Source: a virus. Taken from it: 64,000 nt of DNA. Below, one piece after another: positions 51,668-61,558 of the stretch. Below the pieces are notes generated by a model that saw only the letters and a list, made by a program, of their open reading frames with translations, was not told the DNA's origin and made no database searches. Both the position numbers and the translations under genes were made by a program. The first letter of the stretch is position 1. Every line of letters starts with the position of its first letter. Location of the stretch: the IMG/VR virus record IMGVR_UViG_3300045988_105168, positions 1 to 64,000 of that record. One strand, 5' to 3'.

Positions 51668-52303
51668 TTACATTTCTAATAACTTGTTTTCTACAAACCA
51701 AGCAAATTTTTTTACTGCATCCTTGTTTAAACTACTTATCTTATCGTTACAAAATTGTACTGCCACAAAACCAACTGGCTCATTATTTGTGTTATAAATA
51801 ACTACGTCATAAAAACCTTTAATACCCATAGTATGTTTCAAACTATAAGTAGATGGCATTGTTTCTTTTAAATCTTCTAAATCTTTCACCAATAATTCCC
51901 CTTTATCTAATAATACTTTTAGAAAGTTAGGAATAACGCTAAGAGGAATACCAGATAAAACGTTTAAACAACTAGCAACCCCATATCGACAAGTCTCATA
52001 GGTACAAGTTGTTTTTAATGCACTACGACCATTAGCATAGTGATTACCATTATGGAATTCATATACTTGCACTCTATCAGCACCTAATAATTCTTTTAGG
52101 TGGTCTGCCTCCTTAATAATTTCATAATCCAAATCTGATTGTCTTTTAATATGTTTTGACACATCAGTCTTTTTATCTTTAAATTCCTTGTCTAGCTTGG
52201 TTTTAAAAGTTTTAAAAGACATATAGGCAGTGGCTGCAATAGCTCCACAAACTGTTCCGATAAACTGTATATTTTCCCACGATAACAATTCTTTCCAGTC
52301 CAT
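51668..52303 (-). CDS. hypothetical membrane-anchored protein (211 aa)
   Basis: ORF track; AGGAGGGG SD; N-terminal TM helix. Confidence 0.55.
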   Translation of the reverse strand: MDWKELLSWENIQFIGTVCGAIAATAYMSFKTFKTKLDKEFKDKKTDVSKHIKRQSDLDYEIIKEADHLKELLGADRVQVYEFHNGNHYANGRSALKTTCTYETCRYGVASCLNVLSGIPLSVIPNFLKVLLDKGELLVKDLEDLKETMPSTYSLKHTMGIKGFYDVVIYNTNNEPVGFVAVQFCNDKISSLNKDAVKKFAWFVENKLLEM

Positions 52304-52335
52304 CTGACCCCTCCTAACATTACGTCTTTATTACG

Positions 52336-52383
52336 GCATAGAGCTTGGGAGTTGAACCCAATTAATTCCCACCGAAACTCTAT
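52336..52383 (-). other. tRNA-like minihelix (acceptor-like stem plus canonical T-arm)
   Basis: Minus strand ATAGAGT-(15 nt)-TTGGG-TTCAACT-CCCAA-GCTCTAT-GCC. Confidence 0.3.
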
Positions 52384-52398
52384 ATAAAAATGAAGAGA

Positions 52399-52722
52399 TT
52401 AATATAAAACCTCTTCTCCTCTATGATAAGTATTCTTTTTATTAATAGTGATTTTTTCGCCATTTTTATTTATTACATAATATGAAGGTGTGGCTACTAA
52501 AACTTTGCAAGGAACCTTTGGCTCTTTCTTTTTAGTAGTACGTGTTCTTGGTGCACGAGTTGCTGTTTTAGTTTCTTCAACTAATTTATCAGCTACTACA
52601 GTAGTAACATCTTCAACAATTTTATCAACTGTTTCTTCTGTCACATTTTTTGTTGCATCTATAGTTAATTCTATAGTCTTTTCTTCAACCTTCTTATTAT
52701 TTTTGTTTTTGAATATTTTCAT
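52399..52722 (-). CDS. hypothetical basic protein (107 aa)
   Basis: ORF track; GAGAGGAGA SD. Confidence 0.55.
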   Translation of the reverse strand: MKIFKNKNNKKVEEKTIELTIDATKNVTEETVDKIVEDVTTVVADKLVEETKTATRAPRTRTTKKKEPKVPCKVLVATPSYYVINKNGEKITINKKNTYHRGEEVLY

Positions 52723-52894
52723 ATTTTTTCTCCTCTCTTACTAATCTAGGACATTTTTCCCAGTCGTCTGTATGTATTACCTTATTCTGCTTATGGCAGA
52801 ATTTTTGTTTTAAACAACAATTACCTGTCAAAGAGCAGTTTAAAAACTGCTCAAAGACACTTTTGGTAATATATTTACTATACTTGCAATACAT
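52697..52894 (-). CDS. possible small Cys-rich protein (65 aa)
   Basis: It fills an otherwise 177-nt gap but has no SD. Confidence 0.35.
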   Translation of the reverse strand: MYCKYSKYITKSVFEQFLNCSLTGNCCLKQKFCHKQNKVIHTDDWEKCPRLVREEKKYENIQKQK

Positions 52895-52899
52895 AATTA

Positions 52900-53928
52900 T
52901 TATTCAACTGTTACAATAATGTTAGCGTCGATTTCAGGAACGTCTGTGATAGTTGCTTTAATAGTAGCTGTACCAGCAGCAACACCAACAACAATTCCTC
53001 CATCAGCTGTAGCTGTAGCAGTTTTATCACTACTGAAAGTTAATCCTGAAGTAGGAGCTAAGAAAGCAGCAGAACCATCATTTTTGATTGCATAAACTTG
53101 TAACTCTTTAGAAGTTCCGTCAGCAATAGTGAAGTCTCCACCTTTGATAGCTAATGCTACAACACCATCATACCAGTTTGCACCAGTAATCTTTTCAGTG
53201 ATTGTTGCATAAACAGGTCTATTTCCGTCACATCCACCAGCATTTTCTGTAGAAGCTAAAGCTCTTACTGATAATGGAGTTTGAGCTACTGAGTCTGGTG
53301 TCATACTTAATGTAAATGCACCTGTCATAGAAGCTCTAGGTACTTCGATTTGAACTGTACCAATTTGGTTAGTTGTAGAGTCAGAACTTGCTAAAGTACC
53401 AACCATAACTAATCTAATTACTGATGGTAACATATCAGCATATACTGTAACTTGACGAGCAGCAGCATCGTTTGTATAGTATCTTACGCAAACTGTTCCA
53501 TTGTAATCAGCATCAGATAAATTGAAGCTTGTACCTGTGAAAGCAACTCTTTCTACTGTTCCGTCTTCTTTAGTAACCCATCCATAAATAGTTTGAGATG
53601 AGATTGCTAATGGAGAACCAACAACATTTCCTGCACCGTTAGCGATAACAACACTTTCTTCTGTCCAAACATTAGCACCAGTTGTGATTGATGAACCAGT
53701 ATTTAATGCTAAGAATTCTAAAGAGAATTGTGCTTCATTAATAGTGATATTCATTTCAGCTGTATGATAATAGATATATTGTAATTGGTTACCTTTACCA
53801 GCTCTAACGTCAGTGTTAGATAATGTAGTTTCGATAGAACTATCTAATAAAGTTTTACCAACGAATAATAAGTTATCGTTAGAGTCATAACCATATACAT
53901 CAGCTGTACTAACTAAAAACTTTTTCAT
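52900..53928 (-). CDS. major tail (tube) protein with a C-terminal Ig-like domain
   Basis: Strong SD, Ala/Thr/Gly/Val-rich composition, C-terminal Big_2-like GVAAGTATIKATITD... Confidence 0.5.
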   Translation of the reverse strand: MKKFLVSTADVYGYDSNDNLLFVGKTLLDSSIETTLSNTDVRAGKGNQLQYIYYHTAEMNITINEAQFSLEFLALNTGSSITTGANVWTEESVVIANGAGNVVGSPLAISSQTIYGWVTKEDGTVERVAFTGTSFNLSDADYNGTVCVRYYTNDAAARQVTVYADMLPSVIRLVMVGTLASSDSTTNQIGTVQIEVPRASMTGAFTLSMTPDSVAQTPLSVRALASTENAGGCDGNRPVYATITEKITGANWYDGVVALAIKGGDFTIADGTSKELQVYAIKNDGSAAFLAPTSGLTFSSDKTATATADGGIVVGVAAGTATIKATITDVPEIDANIIVTVE

Positions 53929-54005
53929 ATATATTTTCCTCCTCTTATTATTGATTTAATTTTATATTAAACTATTTTCTTTTATATCTAAATAGTAAAG
54001 ATGTT

Positions 54006-54764
54006 TTATTTATTTGCGCCTTCAATTTTATTACGCATTTCTTCCATATCTACTTTTACGTCAGCGTATCTATCGTCTTTAGATAAATCATCCATCCAGT
54101 GTTTAATTACACTGTCATCTTTAAATTTAACCATACCAGACATAGATGCACTTAAATAAATTTCGTAATGGAGTTTAGCATCTACTCTTTGTAGAATTTT
54201 CTCAAACTTTCTTATAGTTAACTCGTATATGTCATTCATCTTTAAAGAAGTAGAAATTAAAACACATATCATTTGTTCTTCTAAAGAACACATTTTTCTT
54301 TTGTTTTGTTGCATTTTATATTGTTCTGCTTTTTCTAAAGCATCTCTGATTTCTTTTTGAATTGTCTCATCAATAGGAGTAATACAATTTTGCTCAAAAA
54401 TAATCTTAGTAATCGCATCAAAATCATCTGCGTTATATTCTACATTATTAATCTTAAAAAATGCTTTGTCATTCTTGTCAACATAAAAATACATTTCAGA
54501 ATTTATATCTATATGTAAAACCATACACAACAACGCTTTTATCATATATACATAAGGCTCTTCATTAACTGCCGAGCAATAATAAAGAAAGCGTAAATAA
54601 GACATACTAATAATGTTAATGTCAGGTATACTATTCTTATCTATCAATAAACAACTTACCAACCAATGAAATTCTATATAGTCTTTCATTGTTGCTGGAT
54701 AAATCTTTAATTCTTTATATGAGATAGGCTCATCAAAATATAATTCTTTAATGTGCTCTAACAT
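54006..54764 (-). CDS. hypothetical virion-module protein (252 aa)
   Basis: ORF track; position. Confidence 0.5.
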   Translation of the reverse strand: MLEHIKELYFDEPISYKELKIYPATMKDYIEFHWLVSCLLIDKNSIPDINIISMSYLRFLYYCSAVNEEPYVYMIKALLCMVLHIDINSEMYFYVDKNDKAFFKINNVEYNADDFDAITKIIFEQNCITPIDETIQKEIRDALEKAEQYKMQQNKRKMCSLEEQMICVLISTSLKMNDIYELTIRKFEKILQRVDAKLHYEIYLSASMSGMVKFKDDSVIKHWMDDLSKDDRYADVKVDMEEMRNKIEGANK

Positions 54765-54766
54765 AA

Positions 54767-55315
54767 TTATCCCATATTGACAGACATTTTTAACAACTTA
54801 CCTTTAAAAGGTTTTTGTCCTATTGTCTGTACTTTATCATATCTACTAGCTTGATTATCAAAAAATAATACTCCTACACCACCAACATCAGCACCATTTA
54901 AAACTTTCAACAACGTCTGAATAATTACATCAACTCTAGTTGTATAATTAGATAAATGATTAATTTTACCGTGTGTGAACACTTCGATATTAATCGTACA
55001 TATACCTGTAACTCTGTTTTGTGGATAAATTTCAGCAGGATAAATTCTAAGTAATGTTTTCATTTCATCTTCAGCATCATCCATCATATAATCAAAAAAT
55101 ACATTATAATTAGATAAAATTGCCTCACCGTTATAAATCAACTTAGCTTTCTCCTCTGCTGTTAAATTTGGGCGACTATAAGCATCGGCATCATTATACT
55201 TTAATAACTTCCATATAATTTCTGCGTCTGGATTAGTCATTAAATGTTCTATAATTTTGTAAGAAAGATTAGTCATACTTTCATAAGTAGCATATTCTTT
55301 TTCAACTGTTACCAT
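54767..55315 (-). CDS. head-tail joining/tail completion candidate (182 aa)
   Basis: Position only. Confidence 0.35.
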   Translation of the reverse strand: MVTVEKEYATYESMTNLSYKIIEHLMTNPDAEIIWKLLKYNDADAYSRPNLTAEEKAKLIYNGEAILSNYNVFFDYMMDDAEDEMKTLLRIYPAEIYPQNRVTGICTINIEVFTHGKINHLSNYTTRVDVIIQTLLKVLNGADVGGVGVLFFDNQASRYDKVQTIGQKPFKGKLLKMSVNMG

Positions 55316-56604
55316 TAGTATAACCCCCTTAATTTAATTGATAGTTCTACACTATAATCTCCACAAGAGCATCTTACAATTACAGGACTACCCATATACA
55401 TACCTTGATTAGTTAAAGTAAATGTATTATTATCTCCACCAGTAATTACATACTTACCACTAGGAATACCTGTAGATAAATCTGTAAAAGTTACTTCATC
55501 CGCTTGTTTTATACCATTTTTGTATAAATTGACTGAAAATTGTTGTGATTTGTTTTGTAAAACATAAGTGATATTTGGGTCTACAATCAATTCGTATACA
55601 TCCTCTGTTGGTTCCTCTACAACACTAATATTAACACTAGACGTTATATCTGTACCTTCTATCGTTGCCGTTAAAACAACATCTCCCAAAGCCTTTGCTG
55701 TAGCAATATTATCAACTATTTCTACAACAGCCTCATCAGACGTACTCCAAACAATATTTGCCTCTGTAAGTTCTTTAGAACCTTTATAAGCAGTCGCCTC
55801 TAATACTTCACTTTCGTTAATATTTAAAGCGTTAATTGTATCACCAATATTTATTGTAACCTCATTTAAGTATGCATTAGCAAAACCATTTTCTATATCG
55901 TCAAATAATGGATTAATTTCATAATGGTCAATATAAAACTCAGTAATAGTAGGAGAATTATCATCCATAGTTACACCGTTCATATAGTTTTTAGTACCAC
56001 CACCATAAAGTCTAAAAGCAACTCTTTGTTCTGGTGTACCAAATAAAAATCTATCATTTGCTTTAATGGTTACTGTATTCTTATTACGTTGACACCATAC
56101 TTTTTGTTCACCGTTACCAACTATGATTTCCATAGTATCTTCGTTGTTTGCAAAACGTAAAGTGTAATCCATAATACAAGGTTCATAAACCTTTTGACCA
56201 TTTGCGTCAAAAAATCTAAGCACGTTGTTACAACGTCTAACCTCTGCTGTTACAGTCATACTCGCATAAGTGTTTGTATTAATAACTAACCAGTAACTTC
56301 CCTTCCAACGAAATTTCATTCCATAATAAGGTTCTACTGGAAAATCTGGTGCGAATATAAAAGTTTTATAATCGTCACCTAAAATGATACCCGTATTATA
56401 ATTTAATACAGTATCTACACGAACTTTATTAATAAAGGCAAAATCATTTTCGCCATAAGTTTGTTCGTACTCAATCTCGTCATAAACGACATTTGGGGCA
56501 TTATCAAAACTAAAATCTAATATTGCAGCATAATCTGCATAATACGATGCTTTTGGATTTGGCTGTCTAATCTTATTAGCAGCTTCGTAATATTTAAGAC
56601 TCAT
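55315..56604 (-). CDS. structural protein with Ig-like (Big_2) domains
   Basis: IVWSTSDEAVVEIVDNIATAKALGDVVLTATIEG Big_2-like repeat. Confidence 0.45.
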   Translation of the reverse strand: MSLKYYEAANKIRQPNPKASYYADYAAILDFSFDNAPNVVYDEIEYEQTYGENDFAFINKVRVDTVLNYNTGIILGDDYKTFIFAPDFPVEPYYGMKFRWKGSYWLVINTNTYASMTVTAEVRRCNNVLRFFDANGQKVYEPCIMDYTLRFANNEDTMEIIVGNGEQKVWCQRNKNTVTIKANDRFLFGTPEQRVAFRLYGGGTKNYMNGVTMDDNSPTITEFYIDHYEINPLFDDIENGFANAYLNEVTINIGDTINALNINESEVLEATAYKGSKELTEANIVWSTSDEAVVEIVDNIATAKALGDVVLTATIEGTDITSSVNISVVEEPTEDVYELIVDPNITYVLQNKSQQFSVNLYKNGIKQADEVTFTDLSTGIPSGKYVITGGDNNTFTLTNQGMYMGSPVIVRCSCGDYSVELSIKLRGLY

Positions 56605-56962
56605 CGTTTAAAATTACATCTATCATATTGTTGATAAGCTTCGTACAATGATGAACGATGTATTTAACCCTATCGTGCTCATCTTCTGTAAAGTCTTGCA
56701 TACCAACTAAGATATAAACAAGCTCTACATAGTACTGATTATCTTGCCAAATTTTACTTGCACCTGAGACTTTAGTAATTAAAAAACATAAGTGCTTTTG
56801 ATAATTCTCATATGCCTCCTCACGAGAATAAACCACTTCGTTTTCTTTATTTTTACCTTCAAATATAGGTAGAGTCTTCCAACATTGATTAATTAAGATT
56901 TTTAATGATTGAATTGTTGCATTATCATCTAATTGAAAATTACTATAATTCATAGTTGCCAT
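56594..56962 (-). CDS. head-tail connector candidate (122 aa)
   Basis: Position only. Confidence 0.35.
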   Translation of the reverse strand: MATMNYSNFQLDDNATIQSLKILINQCWKTLPIFEGKNKENEVVYSREEAYENYQKHLCFLITKVSGASKIWQDNQYYVELVYILVGMQDFTEDEHDRVKYIVHHCTKLINNMIDVILNDES

Positions 56963-57398
56963 TAGCCCACCCCTTCCAATCGGTGTGTTTTAAACTATAA
57001 ACTGTTTGTTTATGTTTAACATCTTCAACCATTTGTACTCTATGGTCGGCTTTTGCTTTTAAGTTGTTAGCTTCAGAGTATCTATGTGCTTCAGTTCTAT
57101 TTTGAAGCATAGAAGTAATTTGACGAGTGTCATTTATCTCTTTATCTAACCACATAATTGCAGTCCAGTCAGCAAGAATAGACTTCTCTAAATCGTCAAG
57201 TATAATATTAAATTGATGATTTTCGTCATCTCTGTCTGATAGGTCTTTTACGCAATTTTCAAAATTGGATAAGCCCCTAATCATAAATCCCTCTAAAATC
57301 AACTTAAATTCAGCTGGCGACTCTGTAGAAAGTTTGTTTAACCTATAATCTTCAATAGAGACTAATGCTAAGTCTAATATGTCATCATATGGTGTCAT
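56943..57398 (-). CDS. head-tail connector candidate (151 aa)
   Basis: Position only; AAGGAGG SD. Confidence 0.35.
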   Translation of the reverse strand: MTPYDDILDLALVSIEDYRLNKLSTESPAEFKLILEGFMIRGLSNFENCVKDLSDRDDENHQFNIILDDLEKSILADWTAIMWLDKEINDTRQITSMLQNRTEAHRYSEANNLKAKADHRVQMVEDVKHKQTVYSLKHTDWKGWANGNYEL

Positions 57399-57412
57399 AT
57401 TTCCAGCCTCCT

Positions 57413-58027
57413 TTAATTTTCGTTAGCTAATAACTCCTTATTAAACTCAATACTCTCTAAAAGGTTTACGTTTAAAGAGTCATTGATGTATTGCACAATA
57501 TTCATATCAACACTGTTCTTGTTTTTAGTCAATTTTTCTACTACAACATCTCTAAAGATTTCTTTTTGAGTTTGTGTCATAGAGTCAAAAATTGCTTGGA
57601 ATTTACTACGTTCAGCAGACAATAATTCTAACAAATCATTCTTACTTAGGATTTTTTTATAATCATTAGTTAAATGTTCTGTCTTAACGATTTCATCGTC
57701 AGCAATATAGCATTTTCCTCCCTTAATAAAACTTTTGTTGTTTTTAATAATTCTTCTAGCATCTGAATAAGGAATAGATTGTTCTTCCCCAAATTCATTA
57801 AACGTATAAATTGTTCCACCACCATTAGGTTCTGTAGATAAATTTAACGTATAATTACATAAAGATATAAATACTACATCTCTTTCTCCAGTGTTAGCAA
57901 CAGGTTGCGCTGTTCCACCTTGTTTTATTAATAATTGAACTAGGTTGTTTAATTCTTCAATGGTTTTTTCCATATCTTTAATTTTTTTAGCATCGCTACT
58001 TTTATTTGTTTGTTTTGTTTGTGCCAT
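57413..58027 (-). CDS. hypothetical virion-module protein (204 aa)
   Basis: ORF track; AAGGAGAG SD. Confidence 0.5.
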   Translation of the reverse strand: MAQTKQTNKSSDAKKIKDMEKTIEELNNLVQLLIKQGGTAQPVANTGERDVVFISLCNYTLNLSTEPNGGGTIYTFNEFGEEQSIPYSDARRIIKNNKSFIKGGKCYIADDEIVKTEHLTNDYKKILSKNDLLELLSAERSKFQAIFDSMTQTQKEIFRDVVVEKLTKNKNSVDMNIVQYINDSLNVNLLESIEFNKELLANEN

Positions 58028-58049
58028 ATTTTATCTCTCCTTTTTTTCT

Positions 58050-58087
58050 AAATTAAAATAAAGAGAGGCCTCTATGAAGCCTCTCCA
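58050..58087 (-). terminator. intrinsic terminator after the capsid gene
   Basis: Minus strand GGAGAGGC-TTCATAGA-GCCTCTC followed by TTTATTTT. Confidence 0.65.
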
Positions 58088-58107
58088 AATAAATTCAAAT
58101 GTTATAA

Positions 58108-59205
58108 TTATGCTAATTCAATAACACCTGCTAATGCAGAACTAATAGCACCTACACCATAAGATTTGTATAATGTAGCTGTTTGTTGTAAGTTAGCATT
58201 TGCATAGTTACCTTCAACATTAGATAATGTAGAACCTTCAACGAATACTTTAACCATTTTATCAGTACCTGGGCAGATTACATAAATTTTGCTGTCATCT
58301 AATTTAACTGCAAATTCAGTTGTATAGTCTGCAACTTGTTCTAATTCAACAGTTGAGATACCCATAAAGTCTCTCATATAACCAACTTTAACATATTCAT
58401 CTCCTAATAAGATACGAGAATTAGTTGATGCTGGTAAAATTTTAGATAAAGCTAATTTAGTACCTAAGAATACTGGTTTAGCTCCACCATTCCAAGCTTG
58501 AACTTTTTGAGCTAAAGCGATAGCAGTATCTTGAGAGAAACCTGCAATTCTTAATTGGCTAGCTCCAGTTGTGTTTGGAAGTGCATTCATAGCAGCTGCA
58601 AAAGCATCGTAAATATCATATTTCATTTGAGTTTCCATAGATAATACTGCTTTAGCAACGAATTCAGCTAAAGAATAAGTTCCTTTTAATACATCATATA
58701 AAGATACTCCAACTGTAATTCCGTGAGCTTCAGGAACGATAGTTTTTTCTCCTTTGAATTGACGAGTGATGTCATAAGTTCTACGATTTCTTCCACCTTT
58801 TGAAACGATGAATAAATCTCTTGGTTTAAGTTCAACTTTTAAGCTGTCTCCCCAACCACCATTTTTGATTTCAGCAATCATTCCTAAATCTTTAATTAAA
58901 GCATCTGGGATGATTAAGTCAGTTAACATACCAACAACAGCGAAGGCTGCTTCTTTAACGTCACTGAAATTGCAGTATTGAGCTAAATCAGCACAATCTG
59001 ATTGTTTCTTACCTGATAATCTTTCGATTTCATCAGAGAAGAATGTTAACATTTTTTCATTCATTTCAGAAAAACTAACACCATTGGCATTTTGAGTTTT
59101 TCCTTCTTTATATAAGCTGTAGTATTCTACAAAGTTTGTGTATCCTTCTTTTCTTTCAGCACTATCTGCTGTAAAAGCTAAGACACTATTTGGTAATTTT
59201 GCCAT
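58108..59205 (-). CDS. major capsid protein (lambda gpE-like placement)
   Basis: 365 aa with a strong SD, followed by a terminator, downstream of protease/scaffold and decoration-like genes. Confidence 0.6.
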   Translation of the reverse strand: MAKLPNSVLAFTADSAERKEGYTNFVEYYSLYKEGKTQNANGVSFSEMNEKMLTFFSDEIERLSGKKQSDCADLAQYCNFSDVKEAAFAVVGMLTDLIIPDALIKDLGMIAEIKNGGWGDSLKVELKPRDLFIVSKGGRNRRTYDITRQFKGEKTIVPEAHGITVGVSLYDVLKGTYSLAEFVAKAVLSMETQMKYDIYDAFAAAMNALPNTTGASQLRIAGFSQDTAIALAQKVQAWNGGAKPVFLGTKLALSKILPASTNSRILLGDEYVKVGYMRDFMGISTVELEQVADYTTEFAVKLDDSKIYVICPGTDKMVKVFVEGSTLSNVEGNYANANLQQTATLYKSYGVGAISSALAGVIELA

Positions 59206-59280
59206 ATTATATTTCCTCCTCTTTCATTTAGTAATTTTGTTTTTTATTATTTTTTTATATTAAACTTTCTATTCTTCTAA

Positions 59281-59811
59281 TTAGTTAGCTACACATTCTA
59301 ATAAGTAAGCAGTAACTCTTTGAGAACCAATATTGTTTGCACTAGCAACAGAGATATAAGTAGTTTCAACAACTTTGAAGCTTAATCCTTCAACAGCAGC
59401 AGCAGCGAATGATAATTTGTTGCTTCCAGCAGTTGCAACAGCGTAAGCAGCAGCTTCTCCTGTGATACCATCAGCAGAAATTAATACTAAATCTCCTACT
59501 TGTGGTTTAAATCCACTAAATACAACTCCAGCAGTATTAGTGAATGCTCTTGGGTCTAAAGTACCAACTTTGAATTGGTTTCCTAATCCATCAGTTAATA
59601 CAACATCTTCTGGACTATAAGCCATCCATAAACCAGTTAATTCTGCTGGTGCAGTTGCTTCATATACTTGACTTTCATTAGCATTTGCTGAAAGTTCTCC
59701 TTTTCCAAATACGTTTCCATTATCTAAATCTACTTCTCCGATGAAACTTCTATTTAAAGCATCAACATTTTTAGCAGTAGTTAAAGTTGGAATTAAAATT
59801 GATTTTGCCAT
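59281..59811 (-). CDS. head decoration-like protein
   Basis: 176 aa between the scaffold/protease and capsid genes. Confidence 0.4.
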   Translation of the reverse strand: MAKSILIPTLTTAKNVDALNRSFIGEVDLDNGNVFGKGELSANANESQVYEATAPAELTGLWMAYSPEDVVLTDGLGNQFKVGTLDPRAFTNTAGVVFSGFKPQVGDLVLISADGITGEAAAYAVATAGSNKLSFAAAAVEGLSFKVVETTYISVASANNIGSQRVTAYLLECVAN

Positions 59812-59855
59812 ATTATTTTTCCTCCTCTTTCATTTTTAATTTATTTTCTAATTTA

Positions 59856-61355
59856 TTACCATCCATATTTAGATGTTTTTTGTGATACGCTTTCACTAAT
59901 TGTCATTCTAGTGAAACTATATTTATCACTTTTTACTTTACTAGCAACAGCTTCAAAAGCGATTGCTTTTACTTCGTTTTCAAATACTGATAAATTATCT
60001 AATGAGAATTCAGCAGCTTTTTCACGAAGTTCTGCAACACGTTCAGCAGGAATTACTTCTACTACTTCAGACAAAATAGCTTCAACAGATTTCTCTTTTT
60101 CTGCTGTTTCGTATGCAACAAGTTTTTCCTTTAGCTCGCAGTTTTCTTTTTCAAGAGCCTCAAATTTATTAGCTTCTTGTTCATATACTTCAAAGTCTAC
60201 ATAACCACCACGCATAACTCTACCTTTTGAGTCAGAGTCGATTGTGCAAGTTGTTCCCTCTAAAGAATAAGAGTATTTGTAAGTATATCCTTCACAATAA
60301 TCATAGACATATAAATATTCATCATCAAAAGACTCTAAATATCCACATCCAAGAGACTCTTTAACGGCAGAGCGGAATACTTCATATTTTTGTTCAACAG
60401 TTAATGACTCGAAATCTTTATTTGCTTCCATATCTTCTTCTTTATCGTCACCTTCTTCATCCTCATCGTCTTCATCTTTGTCTTCGTCTTCTTTATCAGA
60501 CTCATCCTCAGATTTATCAGACTCTTCGTCTTCCATATAAGTGTCTTCGTCAGAATTAGTTTCTTCAGCAAATTCTTCAGTAGCAACTTCTTCAGTTTCA
60601 ACTTCTGCATTTTCAACTGTTGTTTCAACTTCAGTTTCAGTTACAGGAGTTTCAACTGTTGCTTCTTCTTCAACAACTGTTTCTACAACTTCTTTTTCTT
60701 TTTCATCCATCTTCTCACTCTCCTCCTTTCCTGAACCTTCTGCAAGCCCCATATCTTTAACAAAATTCTTTTTGATTTTTTCAGAATTTTTCAAACGCTT
60801 GCTATAAACTTTCAATGCATTTTCCTTACTAAACTTGATTATAGATGCATTAGCGCCTTCACAGGCAGGTGTGTGAGCTTCTCCAAGTAAAGTTACCCCA
60901 TTAAAAACAAATTTAGTAATATGTTCTAAACCATCTTCATCACTAATTTCTGTCCCTAAAACAGTAATTTCCATAGATACTGCTCTTTCATTATCCTCAT
61001 CCTCAACGAATACATCATAAGCCCATTTAGCATAAACCTTTGACATAATCGCTTGTGCGACAAGGTAATTTCTACCGTCTTTTTCCACAAATTTCATTTC
61101 TGAACTTTCAGGGAAAAATCCTACTATTTGTTCATCAGGTTCGTGTCCTTCAAAATCATCACCATCAAATCCAGCTACTAAGAATTTATTTTTCAAAGTT
61201 CTTTTTGCTTTCTTGATAACTGATAAATCAATAGGCATATCGTGAGCATTATTACCATCGTGGCATACATACACTTCTACGATAGCTAATTGATTATCTG
61301 AATAATCATCGATAACACTAAAACCTTCCACTCCAAAAGAAAGTTTCTTATCCAT
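59856..61355 (-). CDS. prohead protease/scaffold fusion with a highly acidic linker
   Basis: Position; a long D/E-rich tract and a C-terminal coiled coil. ATG 61355 sits behind AAGGAGG; the track gives 61364. Confidence 0.5.
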   Translation of the reverse strand: MDKKLSFGVEGFSVIDDYSDNQLAIVEVYVCHDGNNAHDMPIDLSVIKKAKRTLKNKFLVAGFDGDDFEGHEPDEQIVGFFPESSEMKFVEKDGRNYLVAQAIMSKVYAKWAYDVFVEDEDNERAVSMEITVLGTEISDEDGLEHITKFVFNGVTLLGEAHTPACEGANASIIKFSKENALKVYSKRLKNSEKIKKNFVKDMGLAEGSGKEESEKMDEKEKEVVETVVEEEATVETPVTETEVETTVENAEVETEEVATEEFAEETNSDEDTYMEDEESDKSEDESDKEDEDKDEDDEDEEGDDKEEDMEANKDFESLTVEQKYEVFRSAVKESLGCGYLESFDDEYLYVYDYCEGYTYKYSYSLEGTTCTIDSDSKGRVMRGGYVDFEVYEQEANKFEALEKENCELKEKLVAYETAEKEKSVEAILSEVVEVIPAERVAELREKAAEFSLDNLSVFENEVKAIAFEAVASKVKSDKYSFTRMTISESVSQKTSKYGW

Positions 61356-61557
61356 TAATAACACCTCCTTTAACTAGAAGTTGTAGTAAAAAAGGCATTT
61401 CATTAATGGCCTTTTGAAGTTTCTTTGTTTTTGCAAATATCATTACACCGTCTTTATCAGACAATAATGGTATTCCAGCCTTTATTAAATAATTACCAAT
61501 CACTTTTCCACATTCATAATACCTTTTATTAGTATTATCTAAATTTGAAATATACAT
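61348..61557 (-). CDS. hypothetical protein (69 aa)
   Basis: GGAGAG-TAAT-ATG start at 61557. Its 3' end carries the SD of the next gene. Confidence 0.45.
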   Translation of the reverse strand: MYISNLDNTNKRYYECGKVIGNYLIKAGIPLLSDKDGVMIFAKTKKLQKAINEMPFLLQLLVKGGVING

Positions 61558-61558
61558 A

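Noticed and set aside
60380-60760. Repetitive GA/GAT-rich DNA in the scaffold/protease gene
   Set aside because: It encodes a low-complexity acidic (D/E/K) linker in frame. It is a compositional feature of the protein, not an independent repeat element.
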